From contig VJWM01000025.1 in NCBI GenBank assembly GCA_010909165.1, positions 62,001-126,000 of the forward strand: a stretch of 64,000 bases of DNA. The letters run 5' to 3'. This document shows positions 35,701-49,966 of this stretch, piece by piece. The translations under genes and the position numbers were made by a program. The notes under the pieces are model-generated. The model saw only the letters and a program-made list of their open reading frames with translations. It searched no databases and was not told the origin of the DNA. The number at the start of each line of letters is the position of its first letter. Position 1 is the first letter of the stretch. Origin of the DNA: Anthoceros angustus. Its lineage: Eukaryota; Plantae; Anthocerotophyta.

Positions 35701-38700
35701 CCCTGCCCAGGCCCCTTGCTGCGCACGACCCCTGCCCCAAGTGCGCGCACAAAAGGCCTTGCCCCTAAGTGCACATGGGAAAGCAATGAGTGTGAACCTT
35801 CATTGATTTCGTGATTAAGATTTCATTATGTAGAGTGTGTGGCTCGGAGGAATAGCGTGGAATGTGTGGGAGCGCCGTTGTGGAGTTAATGATGCAATAA
35901 GTGGAAAATTAGGGCTTGTTTAGGGAGGTCTATACATACCCATTAGTTATATATATATACCTATGTATTTTAATAAATATTTAAATTTAATAAAATTATT
36001 TTTGTAAATTTTAAAATTTTGAAAAATATAAATATTTATGTTGAACCTTATTTTTCAAAAATAATTATTTTGGCATTATCCTGTTGAACCACCCTCGGTG
36101 CGGTATTAGTTCAAAGTTTTGTTAACGAGAAAAAAAATGAGGGCTAAGTTAAGATGAGGACATATTCATATTAGGGGGCTATAAAAGGTTAAAACGCCAA
36201 AACAAACCTAAACAATAAAATCACATAAAATACAAACAAACCACATGCCACAATTTTAGGGCAAGTGTGCATACTTGCCTCAAAATCCTGCATTTTGGGT
36301 TTTGTATTTTTTACATTTTATAGGAATGCAGGACTATGGGTTCATGCCCTCAAGGCTTTCTTGACCTCATGTGTGCGCATTTTTATGCACAGAACCTGCC
36401 TGCGCACTGGCCTGCCCTCGTGCAGCGCACCCTGCCCCAAGTGCGCGCACAAAAGGCCTTGCCCCTAAGTGCATGCCTGAAAGCAATGAGTGTGAACCTT
36501 CATTGATTTCGTGATTAAGATTTCATTCTAATATGTGGACCAATGGCCATGATTCGATCCCAATTAAGTGTCATGAACTTAAATGTGAGTGTAATGAAAT
36601 GGTCCATTAAAATTAAGACCGAGCAACCCTTAGTTTTGGGGCCAGTTTGAATGGATGGTTTATGAATGATGGTTAAATTTAGCTATGTATAATTACCATC
36701 TAGTTGCCTACCAGAAGTAATTACTATTTAATAATATATATGGTATTTTTAGTAACTCCGTGATAATCTAAAGTTGGCGAGAATGGACGTACGGTTGAAG
36801 TTTAATTGCAAATTCCGATAAGTGGTAATTTAAATATACCTAAAATCACCTTTCGTGTGGCTTAAGCAACTCCCAGACAAGCGTACGCTGATAGAACACG
36901 TATGTGCCATGTGAGCAGGCATACTTTGACGGTACAGGTAGGACTCTGTCCGAACACATCCACTACTATGTACAACGCACCGCCATTTATGACAAGCCTA
37001 AAATGACGCTGGGGTTGCGCGTCTTTGACGCGTAGGCCAACTTCGCGGGAAAACTGCGACGCGGGTTTTGGTGTCAATTACAGTCCACCCCTTATTGGGA
37101 CTGGTTCAGTGCCTTTAGAGGTCCCATTAAGGGATGTCCTGATTATATTTTTCCTATTTAAACATAATAAAAATATTATAAACTCTAAAATCAAAAAAAT
37201 GAAAACAAAGAAAATTTTGAAAAATATAAATATTTATGTTGAACCTTATTTTTCAAAAATAATTATTTTGGCATTATCCTGTTGAACCACCCTCGGTGCG
37301 GTATTAGTTCAAAGTTTTGTTAACGAGAAAAAAAATGAGGGCTAAGTTAAGATGAGGACATATTCATATTAGGGAGCTATACAAAAAAGGTTAAAAACGC
37401 CAAAACAAACCTTTTCAAACAATAAAATCACATAAAATACAAACAAACCACATGCCACAATTTTAGGGCAAGTGTGCATACTTGCCTCAAAATCCTGCAT
37501 TTTGGGTTTTGTATTTTTTACATTTTATAGGAATGCAGGACTATGGGTTCATGCCCTCAAGGCTTTCTTGACCTCATGTGTGCGCATTTTTATGCACAGA
37601 ACCTGCCTGCGCACTGGCCTGCCCTCGTGCAGCGCACCCTGCCCCAAGTGCGCGCACAAAAGGCCTTGCCCCTAAGTGCATGCCTGAAAGCAATGAGTGT
37701 GAACCTTCATTGATTTCGTGATTAAGATTTCATTCTAATATGTGGACCAATGGCCATGATTCGATCCCAATTAAGTGTCATGAACTTAAATGTGAGTGTA
37801 ATGAAATGGTCCATTAAAATTAAGACCGAGCAACCCTTAGTTTTGGGGCCAGTTTGAATGGATGGTTTATGAATGATGGTTAAATTTAGCTATGTATAAT
37901 TACCATCTAGTTGCCTACCAGAAGTAATTACTATTTAATAATATATATGAGCCCTATAAGAGATGATTTTGAGAAGTAAAATATTTTTGTCTTGCATTAG
38001 TTGCTTGGGTTTCACTCTGTTGAAGATCTTATTGCCGCTACAAGCTAACGTGGTGTTTGGTAAAGGTGGGAGGACACAATGGTTGGAATGTTAATAATTA
38101 GCGAGGGCTTGCTCTGCGGTATCGCAGTTGATCCTTGAGAATGATTGTTGTGAAAATTGTTTTGCTTTGGGTGCATGGTGGTGCTTGAAGAACTCTTGGT
38201 TTGGGGGTGGCTGGAAAGGCTTCATGGAGATTCTCGCTATCTAGTGTAAACCCACGATGCTTGCCCTAGGAATTCTCTGGACTTTATTTCAAACATTGGG
38301 ACGATAATATCCTCATGGCGTAATGCTCTTGATCCGCGTGCAAGACTTGCACTTGGAGCTAGCCACGCCAAACGTCTCGATTCCAAAATGCAAATGGTTC
38401 TCACTACCCAAGGGACGATACGGTGTTAATTAATTAAAATAAGTAAAAGCTGAAAATCCAGAAATTATTATACTTAAAATGTTGAATAGAGGAGTAGAGG
38501 TTAATTTTTAGAGAACGCCTGTGTCGAACCTAAGGAGGGTCCGTGTATCAAAGCGAGGCTGGAAGGCTAATGTCTCAAAATCGTGGGGTGGTGAAGTCGC
38601 ACCATGGTGTAGGGGGCCCCATGCGTAGCTAAAGGACCTCTGCGGTGGGGTGTGGACCTACAACCAAGTATTGTTGTAGGTCCGAATCGGTGATAAAAGG

Positions 38701-41700
38701 AGAAGCTCGAGGAGGCGTGGGTTGTTGTCTATGGTGTGGTTTGAGGATGCCCCAGTTGTGTGAGGGGCTTGGGTGTGTGATGAGATGTTGTGGTTGTGTC
38801 TTGGAAGCTAATGTGACAGGGTAGAAAGAGGTTTCTCTAGTAACCCCTTTAAAAGCACATAGAATTCTTGAACCCAAATTGCACTGAAACTACCGTTTGA
38901 AGAGTTTAGGTCTTATTTACGCTTGTATAAATGTATTGGATTGTAAAATTTATCAAAATTTGAGGTCTCCTAAAAGGTCATTCTCACGGCACGCGTTTAC
39001 AAACATTTAGAGTTTTTTGGCCCATGTTGTGGCAGGCGAAACTTGTTTGCACACTAACCTTTCACTCGTACTAGTCAATCCTAAGACTATACTCTCGCCC
39101 TAGGAATTCTACTGGACTTTATTTCTGAAACATTGGGACGATAATATCCTCATGGCCGTAATGCTCTTGATCCGCGTGCAGTACTTGCACTTGGAGCTAG
39201 CCCCACGCCAAACGTCTCAGGATTCCAAAAATGCAAATGGTTCTCACTACCGTACCCCAAGGGACGATACGGTGTTAATTAATTAAAATAAGTAAAAGCT
39301 GAAAATCCAGAAATTATTATACTTAAAATGTTGAATAGGTGAAAATTTATGAGTTTATGATCAAAACAAGGAAATTAGGATTTTGTGGAAAATTAGGGCT
39401 TGTTTAGGGAGGTCTATACATACCCATTAGTTATATATATATATACCTATGTATTTTAATAAATATTTAAATTTAATAAAATTATTTTTGTAAAATTTTA
39501 AAATTTTGAAAATATAAATATTTATGTTGAACCTTATTTTTCAAAAATAATTATTTTGGCATTATCCTGTTGAACCCTCGGGAATGAGTTCAAAGTTTTG
39601 TTAACGAGAAAAAAATGAGGGCTAAGTTAAGATGAGGACATATTCATATTAGGGCTACAAAAGGTTAAAACGCATGAAACAAACCTTTTCAAACAATAAA
39701 ATCACATAAAATACAAACCACAAAAATGCCACAATTTTAGGGCAAGTGCACTTGCCTCAAAATCTGGCATTTTGGGTTTTTATCTTGCATTCCGCTGTTT
39801 GGGGTTTTCTGCACTCTGAAGATCTTATTGCCGCCCTGCTAACGTGGTGTTTGGTAAAGGTGGGAGGACACAATGGTTGGAATGTTAATAAGCGAGCTGC
39901 TTGCTCTGCTCTGCAGTTGATCCTTGAGAATGATTGTTGTGAAATTGTTTTGCTTTGGGTGCATGGTGGTGCTTGAAGAACTCTTGGTTTGGGGGTGGCT
40001 GGAAAGGCTTCATGGAGATTCTCGCTATCTAGTGTAAACCCACGATGAAGCCCTAGGAAGAACTCGGCCTGGCGGGGCACAAGTAGTTGTCTGTAATTAG
40101 GCAAGCTAAGCTCAGAGCTTGAAAGGGTGTAAGATTATGAGGCCTAGGAAGGGGATGTTGAGTTGAGTGTGGATGATGATGTGGAGTTGATTGTTGAATA
40201 GAGGAGTAGAGGTTAATTTTTAGAGAACGCCTGTGTCGAACCTAAGGGAGGGTCCGTGTATCAAAGCGACGGGGCTAATGTCTCAAAATCGTGGGGTGGT
40301 GAAGTCGCACCATGGTGTGGGGGCCCCATGCGTAGCTAAAGGACCTCTGCAGAGGGTGTGGACCTACAACCGGAAGTATTGTTGTAGGTCCCGAATCGGT
40401 GATAAAAGGAGAAGCTCGAGGAGGCGTGGGTTGTTGTCTATGGTGTGGTTTGAGGATGCCCCAGTTGTGTGAGGGGCTTGGGTGTGTGATGAGATGTTGT
40501 GGTTGTGTCTTGGAAGCTAATGTGACATCTGGGTAGAAAGAGGTTTCTCTAGTAACCCCTTTAAAAGCACATAGAATTCTTCGAACCCAAATTGCACGCT
40601 GGAAACTACCGTTTTGAAGAGTTTAGGTCTTATTTACGCTTGTATAAATGTATTGGATTGTAAAATTTATCAAAATTTGAGGTCTCCTAAAAGGTCATTC
40701 TCACGACCGGCACGTTTACAAACATTTAGAGTTTTTTTGGCCCATGTTGTGATTCTGGTGCGCAAACTTGTTTGCACACTAACCTTTCACTCGTACTAGT
40801 CAATCCTAAGACTATACTCTCGCCCTAGGAATTCTACTGGACTTTATTTCTGAAACATTGGGACGATAATATCCTCATGGCCGTAATGCTCTTGATCCGC
40901 GTGCAGTACTTGCACTTGGAGCTAGCCCCACGCCAAACGTCTCAGGATTCCAAAAATGCAAATGGTTCTCACTCATCCCCAAGGGACGATACGGTGTTAA
41001 TTAATTAAAATAAGTAAAAGCTGAAAATCCAGAAATTATTATACTTAAAATGTTGAATAGGTGAAAATTTATGAGTTTATGATGCCGAAAACAAGGAAAT
41101 TAGGATTTTTGTGGAAAATTAGGGCTTGTTTAGGGGAGGTCTATACATACCCATTAGTTATATATATATATACCTATGTATTTTAATAAATATTTAAATT
41201 TAATAAAATTATTTTTGTAAATTTTAAAATTTTGAAAAATATAAATATTTATGTTGAACCTTATTTTTCAAAAATAATTATTTTGGCATTATCCTGTTGA
41301 ACCACCCTAAAATTATTAGTTCAAAGTTTTGTTAACGAGAAAAAAAATGAGGGCTAAGTTAAGATGAGGACATATTCATATTAGGGAGCTATACAAAAAA
41401 GGTTAAAAACGCCAAAACAAACCTTTTCAAACAATAAAAAAATCACATAAAATACAAACAAACCACAAAAAAATGCCACAATTTTAGGGCAAGTGTGCAT
41501 ACTTGCCTCAAAATCCTGGCATTTTTGGGTTTTTGTATTTTTTGCCCATTTTTTATAGGAATGCACCAGGGGACTATGGGTTCATGCCCTCAAGGCTTTC
41601 TTGACCTCATGTGTGCGCATTTTTGCGCACGAACCTGCCCCGGGTGCGCACTGTGGCCCCTTGCCCTCGGGTGCAGCGCACTGTGCCCCCAAGTGCGCGC

Positions 41701-43100
41701 ACAAAAGGCCCCCTTGCCCCTAAGTGCACATGGCACTGGGAAAGCAATGAGTGTGAACCTTCATTGATTTCGTGATTAAGATTTCATTCTAATATGTGGA
41801 CCAATGGCCATCGCAATTACGATCCCAATTAAGTGTCGCGAACTTAAATGTGAGTGTAATGAAATGGTGGTCCAGCTAAAATTAAGACCGAGCAACCCCA
41901 GTTAGTTTTGGGAACTGTAGTTTGGAATGGATGGTTTATGAATGATGGTTAAATTTAGCTATGTATAATTACCATCTAGTTGCCTACCAGAAGTAATTAC
42001 TATTTAATAATATATATGGTATTTTTTTTAGTAACTCCGTGATAATCTAAAGTTGGCGAGAATGGACGTACGGTTGAAGTTTAATTGCAAATTCCGATAA
42101 GTGTGGTAATTTAAATATACCTAAAATCACCTTTCGTGTGGCTTAAGCAACTCCCAGACAAGCGTACGCTGATAGAACACGTATGTGCCATGTGAGCAGG
42201 CATACTTTGACGGTACAGGTAGGACTCTGTCCGAACACACATCCACTACTATGTACAACGCACCGCCATTTATGACAAGCCTAAAATGACGCTGGGGGTT
42301 GCGCGTCTTTGACGCGTAGGCCAACTACCCGCGGGAAAACTGCGACGCGGGTTTTTGGTGTCAATTACAGTCCACCCCCCTTATTGGGACTGGTTCGGAG
42401 TGCCTTTAGAGGTCCCATTAAGGGAGGTGTCCTGATTATATTTTTCCTATTTAAACATAATAAAAATATTATAAACTCTAAAAAATCAAAAAAATACCCA
42501 AAAACAAAGAAAATTTTAAATTTTGATTGATAGGTTTCACTAAGAATAACTTTTACCACTTCTCTATATAGTTGTTTGAAAGCTAGCGCTTTCTCTAAGG
42601 AACATCAAAAAACCTATACCTATCATAAAGGAAAAAGCTTAGCTTAAGAGTCTTCAATCACACCTAAAAGTCTATTGTGCTCTGAAATAATCGATTCTTT
42701 TTTCTTTCTTTTTTAATTTTTTTTAGTAAACAAAATTAGAAATCCCATTTAGGGAGGTGAAACTAACATGAATGTATGTTTCAAAAGGTCCCAATTATCA
42801 TTTACGGAAAAGTCTCATTTATTATATTGTAAACTAAAGGGAGTAGGATGGGAGGTCCCATTTAGAGAGGAATCCCATTTATAGAGTTCCCGCTAGGGCC
42901 ATATATGGAAGCCTCGTCACTTGTTATGGCAAGTCACCGAGTGTCACTGATTTGACGCGTCAACGATCACAACCACCGATAGCGGTTGACAATGAGGGCC
43001 ACCCTGGGACGATGCGAGAGAGTGGGGTTTGGCGAGCGACCCCGGAGTTTCAACTTGAGGTTTTGACCCCATTACACGGCCCGAGGGGGGGGCGGCTTAG
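32770..43100. repeat. Unclassified AT-rich repeat made of re-iterated, shuffled 0.5-2 kb segments
   Basis: The same blocks recur 2-5 times (e.g. tagttatatatatatacctatgtattttaat at ~35240, 35945, 39428, 41155; gtaaaggtgggaggacacaatgg at ~33770, 38060, 39855). No recognisable protein. Confidence 0.8.
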
Positions 43101-43159
43101 TGCGGACCATGGCATCTGGGTATGGCAGCTCTGCCAAAGCAGTAGAGCGATATGAGCCT

Positions 43160-43212
43160 ATTTTGGCTGACCTTGTTACTTTTGCTTACATTTTAAAGGT
43201 TTGTGGAAGCAA
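43160..43212 (+). pseudogene. Tiny PPR L-motif relic
   Basis: attttggctgaccttgttacttttgcttacattttaaaggtttgtggaagca (ILADLVTFAYILKVCGS) resembles the cluster L motif. It is also present at ~54412-54453. Confidence 0.55.
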
Positions 43213-43768
43213 TAAAGCAATTATTTTTAATCCTAAGAATTGCATATTATTTAATTCTAGGGATTTTTAGGTGCCTATTGAATACTGCCCTAATTAATAA
43301 AGCATTTCATCACTTGCAACCAACCATCATGGCTACCTCTTTTAAGGTCCTTGCCAACACTAGTTCAAACATAAACAACTCCCTAAGGCATCAATTAAAA
43401 TCCTAAGAGAGCGAATTGCTAAGTTCTTCAAAACCCTCGGGGGGCCCTTACCCTGGTGGAATCCCACCCGCAAGTTCCTTGCTACCCCTCATTCTAGTTC
43501 AATAGGCTCAAGACTAGGGCCATGTTGTCCTCCCCTGGCCCATCCTCGAAGATCGCTAGCCCTCGGCCGCAGTGCATGTCCATACCTCCTCACCCTAGGG
43601 AGGAGGGTTTCACCTCCTTTGCTTCTCTATATCCAACCTTGTGGACTGGGCATACTCCACTAAACTGCCATGAGCGCCCTCCCCAATGGCCACATCACCC
43701 CCTAGAGTAGGGGCATCGGCCACCCTAACTCCCTCAATATTGCTCGCAGTGCCTCCCGCCGCCTCCAT

Positions 43769-44056
43769 TGTAACTCAACTTGTGGGTGTAGGGATGCTCA
43801 CTGCAGTACCTCACCCACGCCGAAGCAAAACAAATCTAATATGCAAGTATAGGTGCAAACCAATAACAACAGGAGAGAATAACTCGCACATCGTAGCACA
43901 AACACACTCCCCACGAGAACAACATGCAAATTCCTAACACATCGCTCTCGGAGTCATAGCTTTAGCCTCCTCATAACACGCTTGTATTGCCTTTAAATCT
44001 TTGGCCTCCTCATAACACGCTTGTATTGCATATTTAAAGGGCCTCCTCACATAACA
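43769..44056 (-). mobile_element. LTR-like element end (~290 bp), repeated at 45426-45722 and 54925-55159
   Basis: TGTAA...TAACA termini and internal ~39-bp direct repeats. On the minus strand it is followed by CA-A-TGGAGGCG (PBS-like position). It abuts a DYW 3' relic. Confidence 0.5.
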
Positions 44057-44061
44057 CTCTA

Positions 44062-44115
44062 GTACCGTGTGCATCGATTGGCAGCTGGTTGTTGCATTGT
44101 AAAGGTCGACCCTGA
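44062..44115 (+). pseudogene. 3'-terminal relic of a further DYW:KP gene (also ~45728-45780 and ~55165-55216)
   Basis: gtaccgtgtgcatcgattggcagctggttgttgcattgtaaaggtcgaccctga matches the [17 protein letters not shown] coding end and is followed by the normal inter-gene spacer. Confidence 0.8.
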
Positions 44116-44511
44116 AAATAATAATGAAGGCGTGAGTGCCCAAGTTTGTGCGCTGGAAAACATTGCTTTTTCCTTAGGGGTGATTGTGCTCCCAGTGTGA
44201 ATGCGCATGGACATGAATGGCGAACGCTGATCCGCGTCCCATCGTAAGAGACACAATTAGAATCGAATGGATCTTCTCTTTCTCGAATGAAGAAATCGTA
44301 GACAGATTTCCTTAATTACACCGTACAAGGAAGCATGACTTGAAATGCCCCGTTGCTGTCCGAAACTCGGAAAGCATAACGTGTCTCTTTGACGGTCAGC
44401 AATGCAAAACAGGCTGCTCACTCCTTCAGGGTGGTGTGGTCTTATACAGTACCTGGGGATCCTGCCTAGTCTTTTGATAGAGTCATCTTCCGACAGCAGT
44501 CTCCCTGAACG

Positions 44512-45162
44512 ATGGCCACAGTATGGCAACCGGACCCGTTGTGGACCCAACAAATTGGTGTGTCTACAGGGATCCTAGTAGGAACTCCGGCTCATCTCAC
44601 GTCAGGGAGTCCACCCCTAGCAAACAACCAAGCCTCCAGGTGCGGCAGTTTAAGGAACCCAGCACCTCCAGTTCCGAGAAAATGGGTGGATGGGGACGGA
44701 TTTTCAACCGATGGTCATCGCCAGGAGCAGGAGCACTTGTGGCAACAACTTTTTCTGGACCCTTCCATGTGGTGGGATTACAGACGAGACAAGAAGAGTT
44801 CCCGTTCGCCTGACTTCCGGCGTAAGGGGTCGGCCGATGTGCTGTGGTTAAACAACGTGTTTAAGCCAGCGTGGGTTGATGAGCAGCTCGTTTCCTTGGA
44901 TATGCACATGGGTCGTGGTGCCTCTCCTTCCAAGTCGACCTTTCCGGATAAGCCTGAACCTGGCAGGCAGGATCGGAAATGGGCGTCGTAACGGCTGGAA
45001 CCGTGAGCATGTTATGTCAGCAGGGAAGCTTTCTGAGGCCGTTGGAGCCCTGGAATCTCTGGCGCAGACAGACTTGCTGTTTCAGTCTCTGTTTTACACT
45101 GTGCTGAAACTGTGTACAGCTAAGAAGGATTTGGTTGGGGCGACGAGTTCATGATCTCAAAA
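44512..45162 (+). pseudogene. Copy D: N-terminal fragment only (leader, PDF motif, start of first L motif)
   Basis: ORF 44512-44991: [38 protein letters not shown]. It is truncated by the duplication junction. Confidence 0.8.
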
Positions 45163-46170
45163 CTTGGGCCATGTTGTCCTCCTCTCGGCCCATCCCTCAA
45201 GAAGATCGCCTAGTCTTGGCATGGGCATGTCCTCTATACTTGCCGCCTCCCTCACCCTAGGGGAGGAGGGTTTCACCTCCTTTGCTTCTCTATATCCAAC
45301 CTTGGGCTGGACTCGACCCCATACTCCACTAAACCGCCATGAGCGCCTCCCAATGGCCACATCACCCCTAGAGTAGGGGCACTCCACCCTAACTCCCTCA
45401 ATATTGCTCATCCTCCCGCCTCCATTGTAACTCAACTTGTGGGTGTAGGGATGCTCGCTACGCTCGTAGGTACCTCACCTACGTCGATAGGTACCCAAGC
45501 AAAACAAATCTAATATGCAAGTATAGGTGCAAACCAATAACAACAGGAGAGAATAACTCGCACATCGTAGCACAAACACACTCCCCACGAGAACAACATG
45601 CAAATTCCTAACACATCGCTCTCGGAGTCATAGCTTTAGCCTCCTCATAACACGCTTGTATTGCCTTTAAATCTTTGGCCTCCATGCTTGTGTGCATATT
45701 TAAAGGGCCTCCTCACATAACACTCTAGTACCGTGTGCATCGATTGGCAGCTGGTTGTTGCATGTAAAGGTCGACCCTGAAAATAATAATGAAGGCGTGA
45801 GTGCCCAAGTTTGTGCGCTGGAAAACATTGCTTTTCCTTAGGGGTGATTGTGCTCCCAGTGTGAATGCGCATGGACATGAATGGCGAACGCTGATCCGCG
45901 TCCCATCGTAAGAGACACAATTAGAATCGAATGGATCTTCTTTCTCGAATGAAGAAATCGTAGACAGATTTCCTTAATTACACCGTACAAGGAAGCATGA
46001 CTTGAATGCCCCGTTGCTGTCCGAAACTCGGAAAGCATAACGTGTCTCTTTGACGGTCAGCAATGCAAAACAGGCTGCTCACTCCTTCAGGGTGGTGTGT
46101 CTTATACAGTACCTGGGGATCCTGCCTAGTCTTTTGATAGAGTCATCTTCCGACAGCAGTCTCCTGAACG

Positions 46171-49100
46171 ATGGCCACAGTATGGCAACCGGACCCGTTG
46201 TGGACCCAACAAATTGGTGTGTACAGGGATTCTAGTAGGAACGGCTCATCTCACCTCAGGAGTCACCCTGGCAAACAACCAAGCCTCCAGGTGCAGCAGT
46301 GTAAGGAGCCCAGCACTTCCACTTCCGAGAAAATGGGTGGATGGGGACGGATTTTCCAGCGATGGTCGTCGCCAGGAGCAGGAGCACTTGTGGCAACAAT
46401 TTTTCTGGACCCTACCATGTGGTGGGACAACAGACGAGATAAGAAGAGCTCCCGTTCGCCTGACTTCCGGCGTAAGGGTCCGGCGAGGTGCTGTGGTTAA
46501 ACAACGTGTTTAAGCCAGCGTGGGTTGATGAGCAGCTCGTTTCCTTGGATATGCACATGGGTCGTGGTGCCTCTCCTTCCAAGTCGACCTTTCCGGATAA
46601 GTCTGAACCTGGAAGGCGTGCAGGATCGGAAATGGGCGTCGTAACGGCTGGAACCGTGAGCATGTTATGTCAGCAGGGGAAGCTTTCTGAGGCCGTTGGA
46701 GCCCTGGAATCTCTGGCGCATACAGGCTTTGCTGTTTCTCACTCTCTGTTTTGCTCCGTGTTGAAACTGTGTACGGCTAAGAAGGATTTGGCTATGGGTC
46801 GACGAGTTCATGACCTCACTGTCAAACTTGGGTATGAGTCGCATACTTGGGGAACCATATCTTGCGCATGTATGCATGTGGAGGTAGGCTAGAGGAGGCC
46901 ATGGATGTGTTCACCAGGGTGGCAAACCAGATGCCTTCATGTGGTCTTCCATAATCTCTGCATACGCTAAGCATGGGAAACCTAATGAGGCCATACAACT
47001 GTACCATGAGATGCGTAGGTCAGGAGTGAAGGCGGATGCTCACGTCTTTGTAGCTGCCCTTCAAGCTTGTGCATTTGCCGCCGACTTGGAATCTGGCAGA
47101 AAGTGCACTGTGATGGTTGCAGAGTGGCATTCTACTAACTTGTTTGTTGGCAACTGCCTGGTGGACATGTATGCAAAATGTGGCGAACTGAAAGATGCAC
47201 GCCAGGTTTTTGACAGCATGGCCACAAAGGATGTGGTGACATGGAATCCCTGATTGCTGGGTATGCACAGCAAGGACTCGCCAAGAGGCGCTTGTTGTGT
47301 ATGGACAAATGGAGGAGGAGGCCTTGATTTTGGCTGACCATGTTACTTTTGCTTGCCTTCTGAAGGCCTGTGCAAGCACTGGTGCCAGAAGGGCAGGCAG
47401 CTGCACTCACAGATTGTCGAAAGAGGACTGCTGGATGTAGTGTGGGCAACTGCCTGGTGGACATGTATGCAAAATGTGGTGAACTGGAAGATGCACGCCA
47501 GGTTTTTGACAGCATGGCCACAAAGGATGTGGTGACATGGAATGCCCTGATTGCTGGGTATGCAGCAACTCTGCCGTGAGGCGCTTGTGTATGGACAAAT
47601 GGAGGAGGCAGGGCTGATTTTGGCTAACCATGTTACTTTTGCTTGCCTTCTGAAGGCCTGTGCACTGGTGCCTTACAGAAGGGCAGGCAGCTGCACTCAC
47701 AGATTGTCGAAAGAGGACTGCTGGATAACGTAGTGTTGGGCAACTGCCTCGTGGACATGTATTCAAAATGTGGTGAACTGGAAGATGCCCGCCAGGTTTT
47801 TGACAGCGTGGGCACAAAGGATGTGGTGACATGGAATGCCCTGATATCTGGGTATGCACAGCAAGGACTCGGCCAAGAGGCGCTTGTTGTGTTTGGACAA
47901 ATGGAGCAAGAGGGGCTGATTTTGGCTAACCATGTTACTTTTGCTTGCCTTCTGAAGGCCTGTGCCTTACAGAAGGGCAGGCAGCTGCACTCACAGATTG
48001 TGAAAGAGGACTGCTGGATAACGTGTGGGCAACTGCCTGGTGGACATGTATGCAAAATGTGGTGAACTGGAAGATGCACGCCAGGTTTTTGACAGCTTGG
48101 TCACAAAGGATGTAGTGACATGGAATGCCCTGATAGCTGGGTATGCACAGCAAGGACTCGGCCAAGAGGCGCTTGTTCTATTTGGACAACTGGAGGAGGA
48201 GGGCCTGATTTTGGCTAACCATTTTACATTTGCTTGCCTCCTCAAGGCCTGTGCGAGCACTGGTGCCTTGCAGAAGGGCAGGCAGTTGCACTCACAGATT
48301 GTTGAAAGAGGACTGCTGGATGACGTAGTGGTGGGCACCTGCCTGGTGGACATGTATGCAAAATGTGGTGAACTGGGAGATGCGCGCCAGGTTTTTGACA
48401 GCTTGGCCACAAAGAATGTGGTGACATGGACCGCCCTGATTGCTGGGTATGTGCAGCAAGGACTTGGCCAAGAGGCGCTTGCTGTGTATGGACAAATGGA
48501 GGAGGCTGGTGTCATTTTGGCTGATTATGTTACTTTTGCTTGCCTCCTGAAGTCCTGTGCCAGCACTGGTGCGTTACAGAAGGGCAGGCAGCTGCACTCA
48601 CAGATTGTGGAAGAGGACTGCTGGATAACGTAGTGTTGGGCAACTGCCTGGTGGACATGTATGCAAAATGTGGTGAACTGGAAGATGCACGCCAGGTTTT
48701 TGACAGCATGAACACAAAGGATGTGGTGACATGGAATGCCCTGATATCTGGGTATGGTACTTGTGATGAAGGTCACAAGGCACTAGCTTGTTTTGAGGAG
48801 ATGTTAGTTGCCGGTATTCAGCCTGATGCTACTTTTACTTGCCTTCTAGTAGCATGCAGTCATGAGGACTGGTCATGAGGGTCGCAAGCACTTTGATTCC
48901 ATGGCTGAACAGCATGGCATCAAACCTACTATTGAGCATTACAATTGCATGATTGATCTTCTTGGGCGCGCAGGCCATTTGGATGAAGCAGAGAAGATGC
49001 TCTTTTCATGTGAGGGCCAAAGTAATGTCGTGGGCTTGACGTGCTTGTTGAACGCCTGCAAAAGTCATGGGGATGTAGAGAGGGCGCTCTGGTGTTTTGA

Positions 49101-49622
49101 TAGCATTGTTAGGCTGGACCTCAGGGCGCCTGCGTATGTGCTCATGGCCAAAGCCTACGCCGATACAGGTAGGTGGAGCGATGTAGACAGGATTGAAACA
49201 CAGAGAATGGTAGCAGGAGCTAACAAGAAACCTGCAGTGGCGACCATTGAGGTGAATAAGCAGGTACATACATTTCGGTGGGAGAAAGAAGAGATGATCT
49301 TGCGTTGAAGGTAGAGAGCACGAATGCACGTCTGAAGCAGGAAGGAGGCCACGTACCTCACACAAAGTTGGTGTTGAAGCCACTGTCTGAGAAGGAAAAG
49401 GAAGATGCGCTTTGTGGGCATGCTGAGAAGCTAGCTCTGGCGTTTGGTCTGTTGAACACTCCAGTGGGACACCTCTGGTGGTAACGAAGAATCTACGCAT
49501 GTGCAGTGACTGCCACAGTTCCACGGAGATCATGTCAAGGCTTGAACAGAGAGACATTGTTGTAAGGGATGGGTACCGTGTGCATCGATTCGCAGCTGTT
49601 GTTGCAGTAAAGGTGACCGTGA
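46171..49622 (+). CDS. Copy E: PDF motif + PLS-PPR (5 core triplets) + E1-E2 + DYW:KP; frameshifted as assembled
   Basis: ORFs 46171-46500, 46488-46892, 46939-47253, 47643-48065, 48025-48633, 48862-49308 and 49278-49484 (LVLKP..HAEKLA). Confidence 0.9.
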
Positions 49623-49966
49623 ACTTGAACAAGTAGTAGCTCAAGTGTGCATGAGAACATTTTTTCCTTAGGGGAGAATGTGCCTGATTAACACATGGAC
49701 ATGGATTGCTAACGCTGATCCGCCTCTCATCGTAACAGACACATCAGAATCGAATGATCTCTTTCTGGAACAGAAACTGTGACAGATTTTCTGATGGAAG
49801 CGTGGTGATTGCCTCCCAAACTCCGAGACCATTATGTGTGTGGGTAAGCAATTCAGAACAGTCTGCTCACTCGTCAGGGTGGTGCAGACCTGGTCATACA
49901 CAGTACCTGGGGATCCTGCGTTGTCTTTTTGTTAGAGTAATCTTCCGACAGCAGTCTTCCTTAAGC

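Larger units (their letters stand above)
43512..46826. repeat. ~1.65-kb tandem duplication (LTR-like piece, DYW 3' relic, spacer, PPR gene 5' end)
   Basis: 43512-45162 is repeated at 45163-46826. The junction lies at ACT.GGG microhomology. Confidence 0.85.

Noticed and set aside
44057-44066. Helitron 3' end (CTAG-T)
   Set aside because: No clear subterminal hairpin or A|T target site. The adjacent TAACA fits an LTR terminus better.
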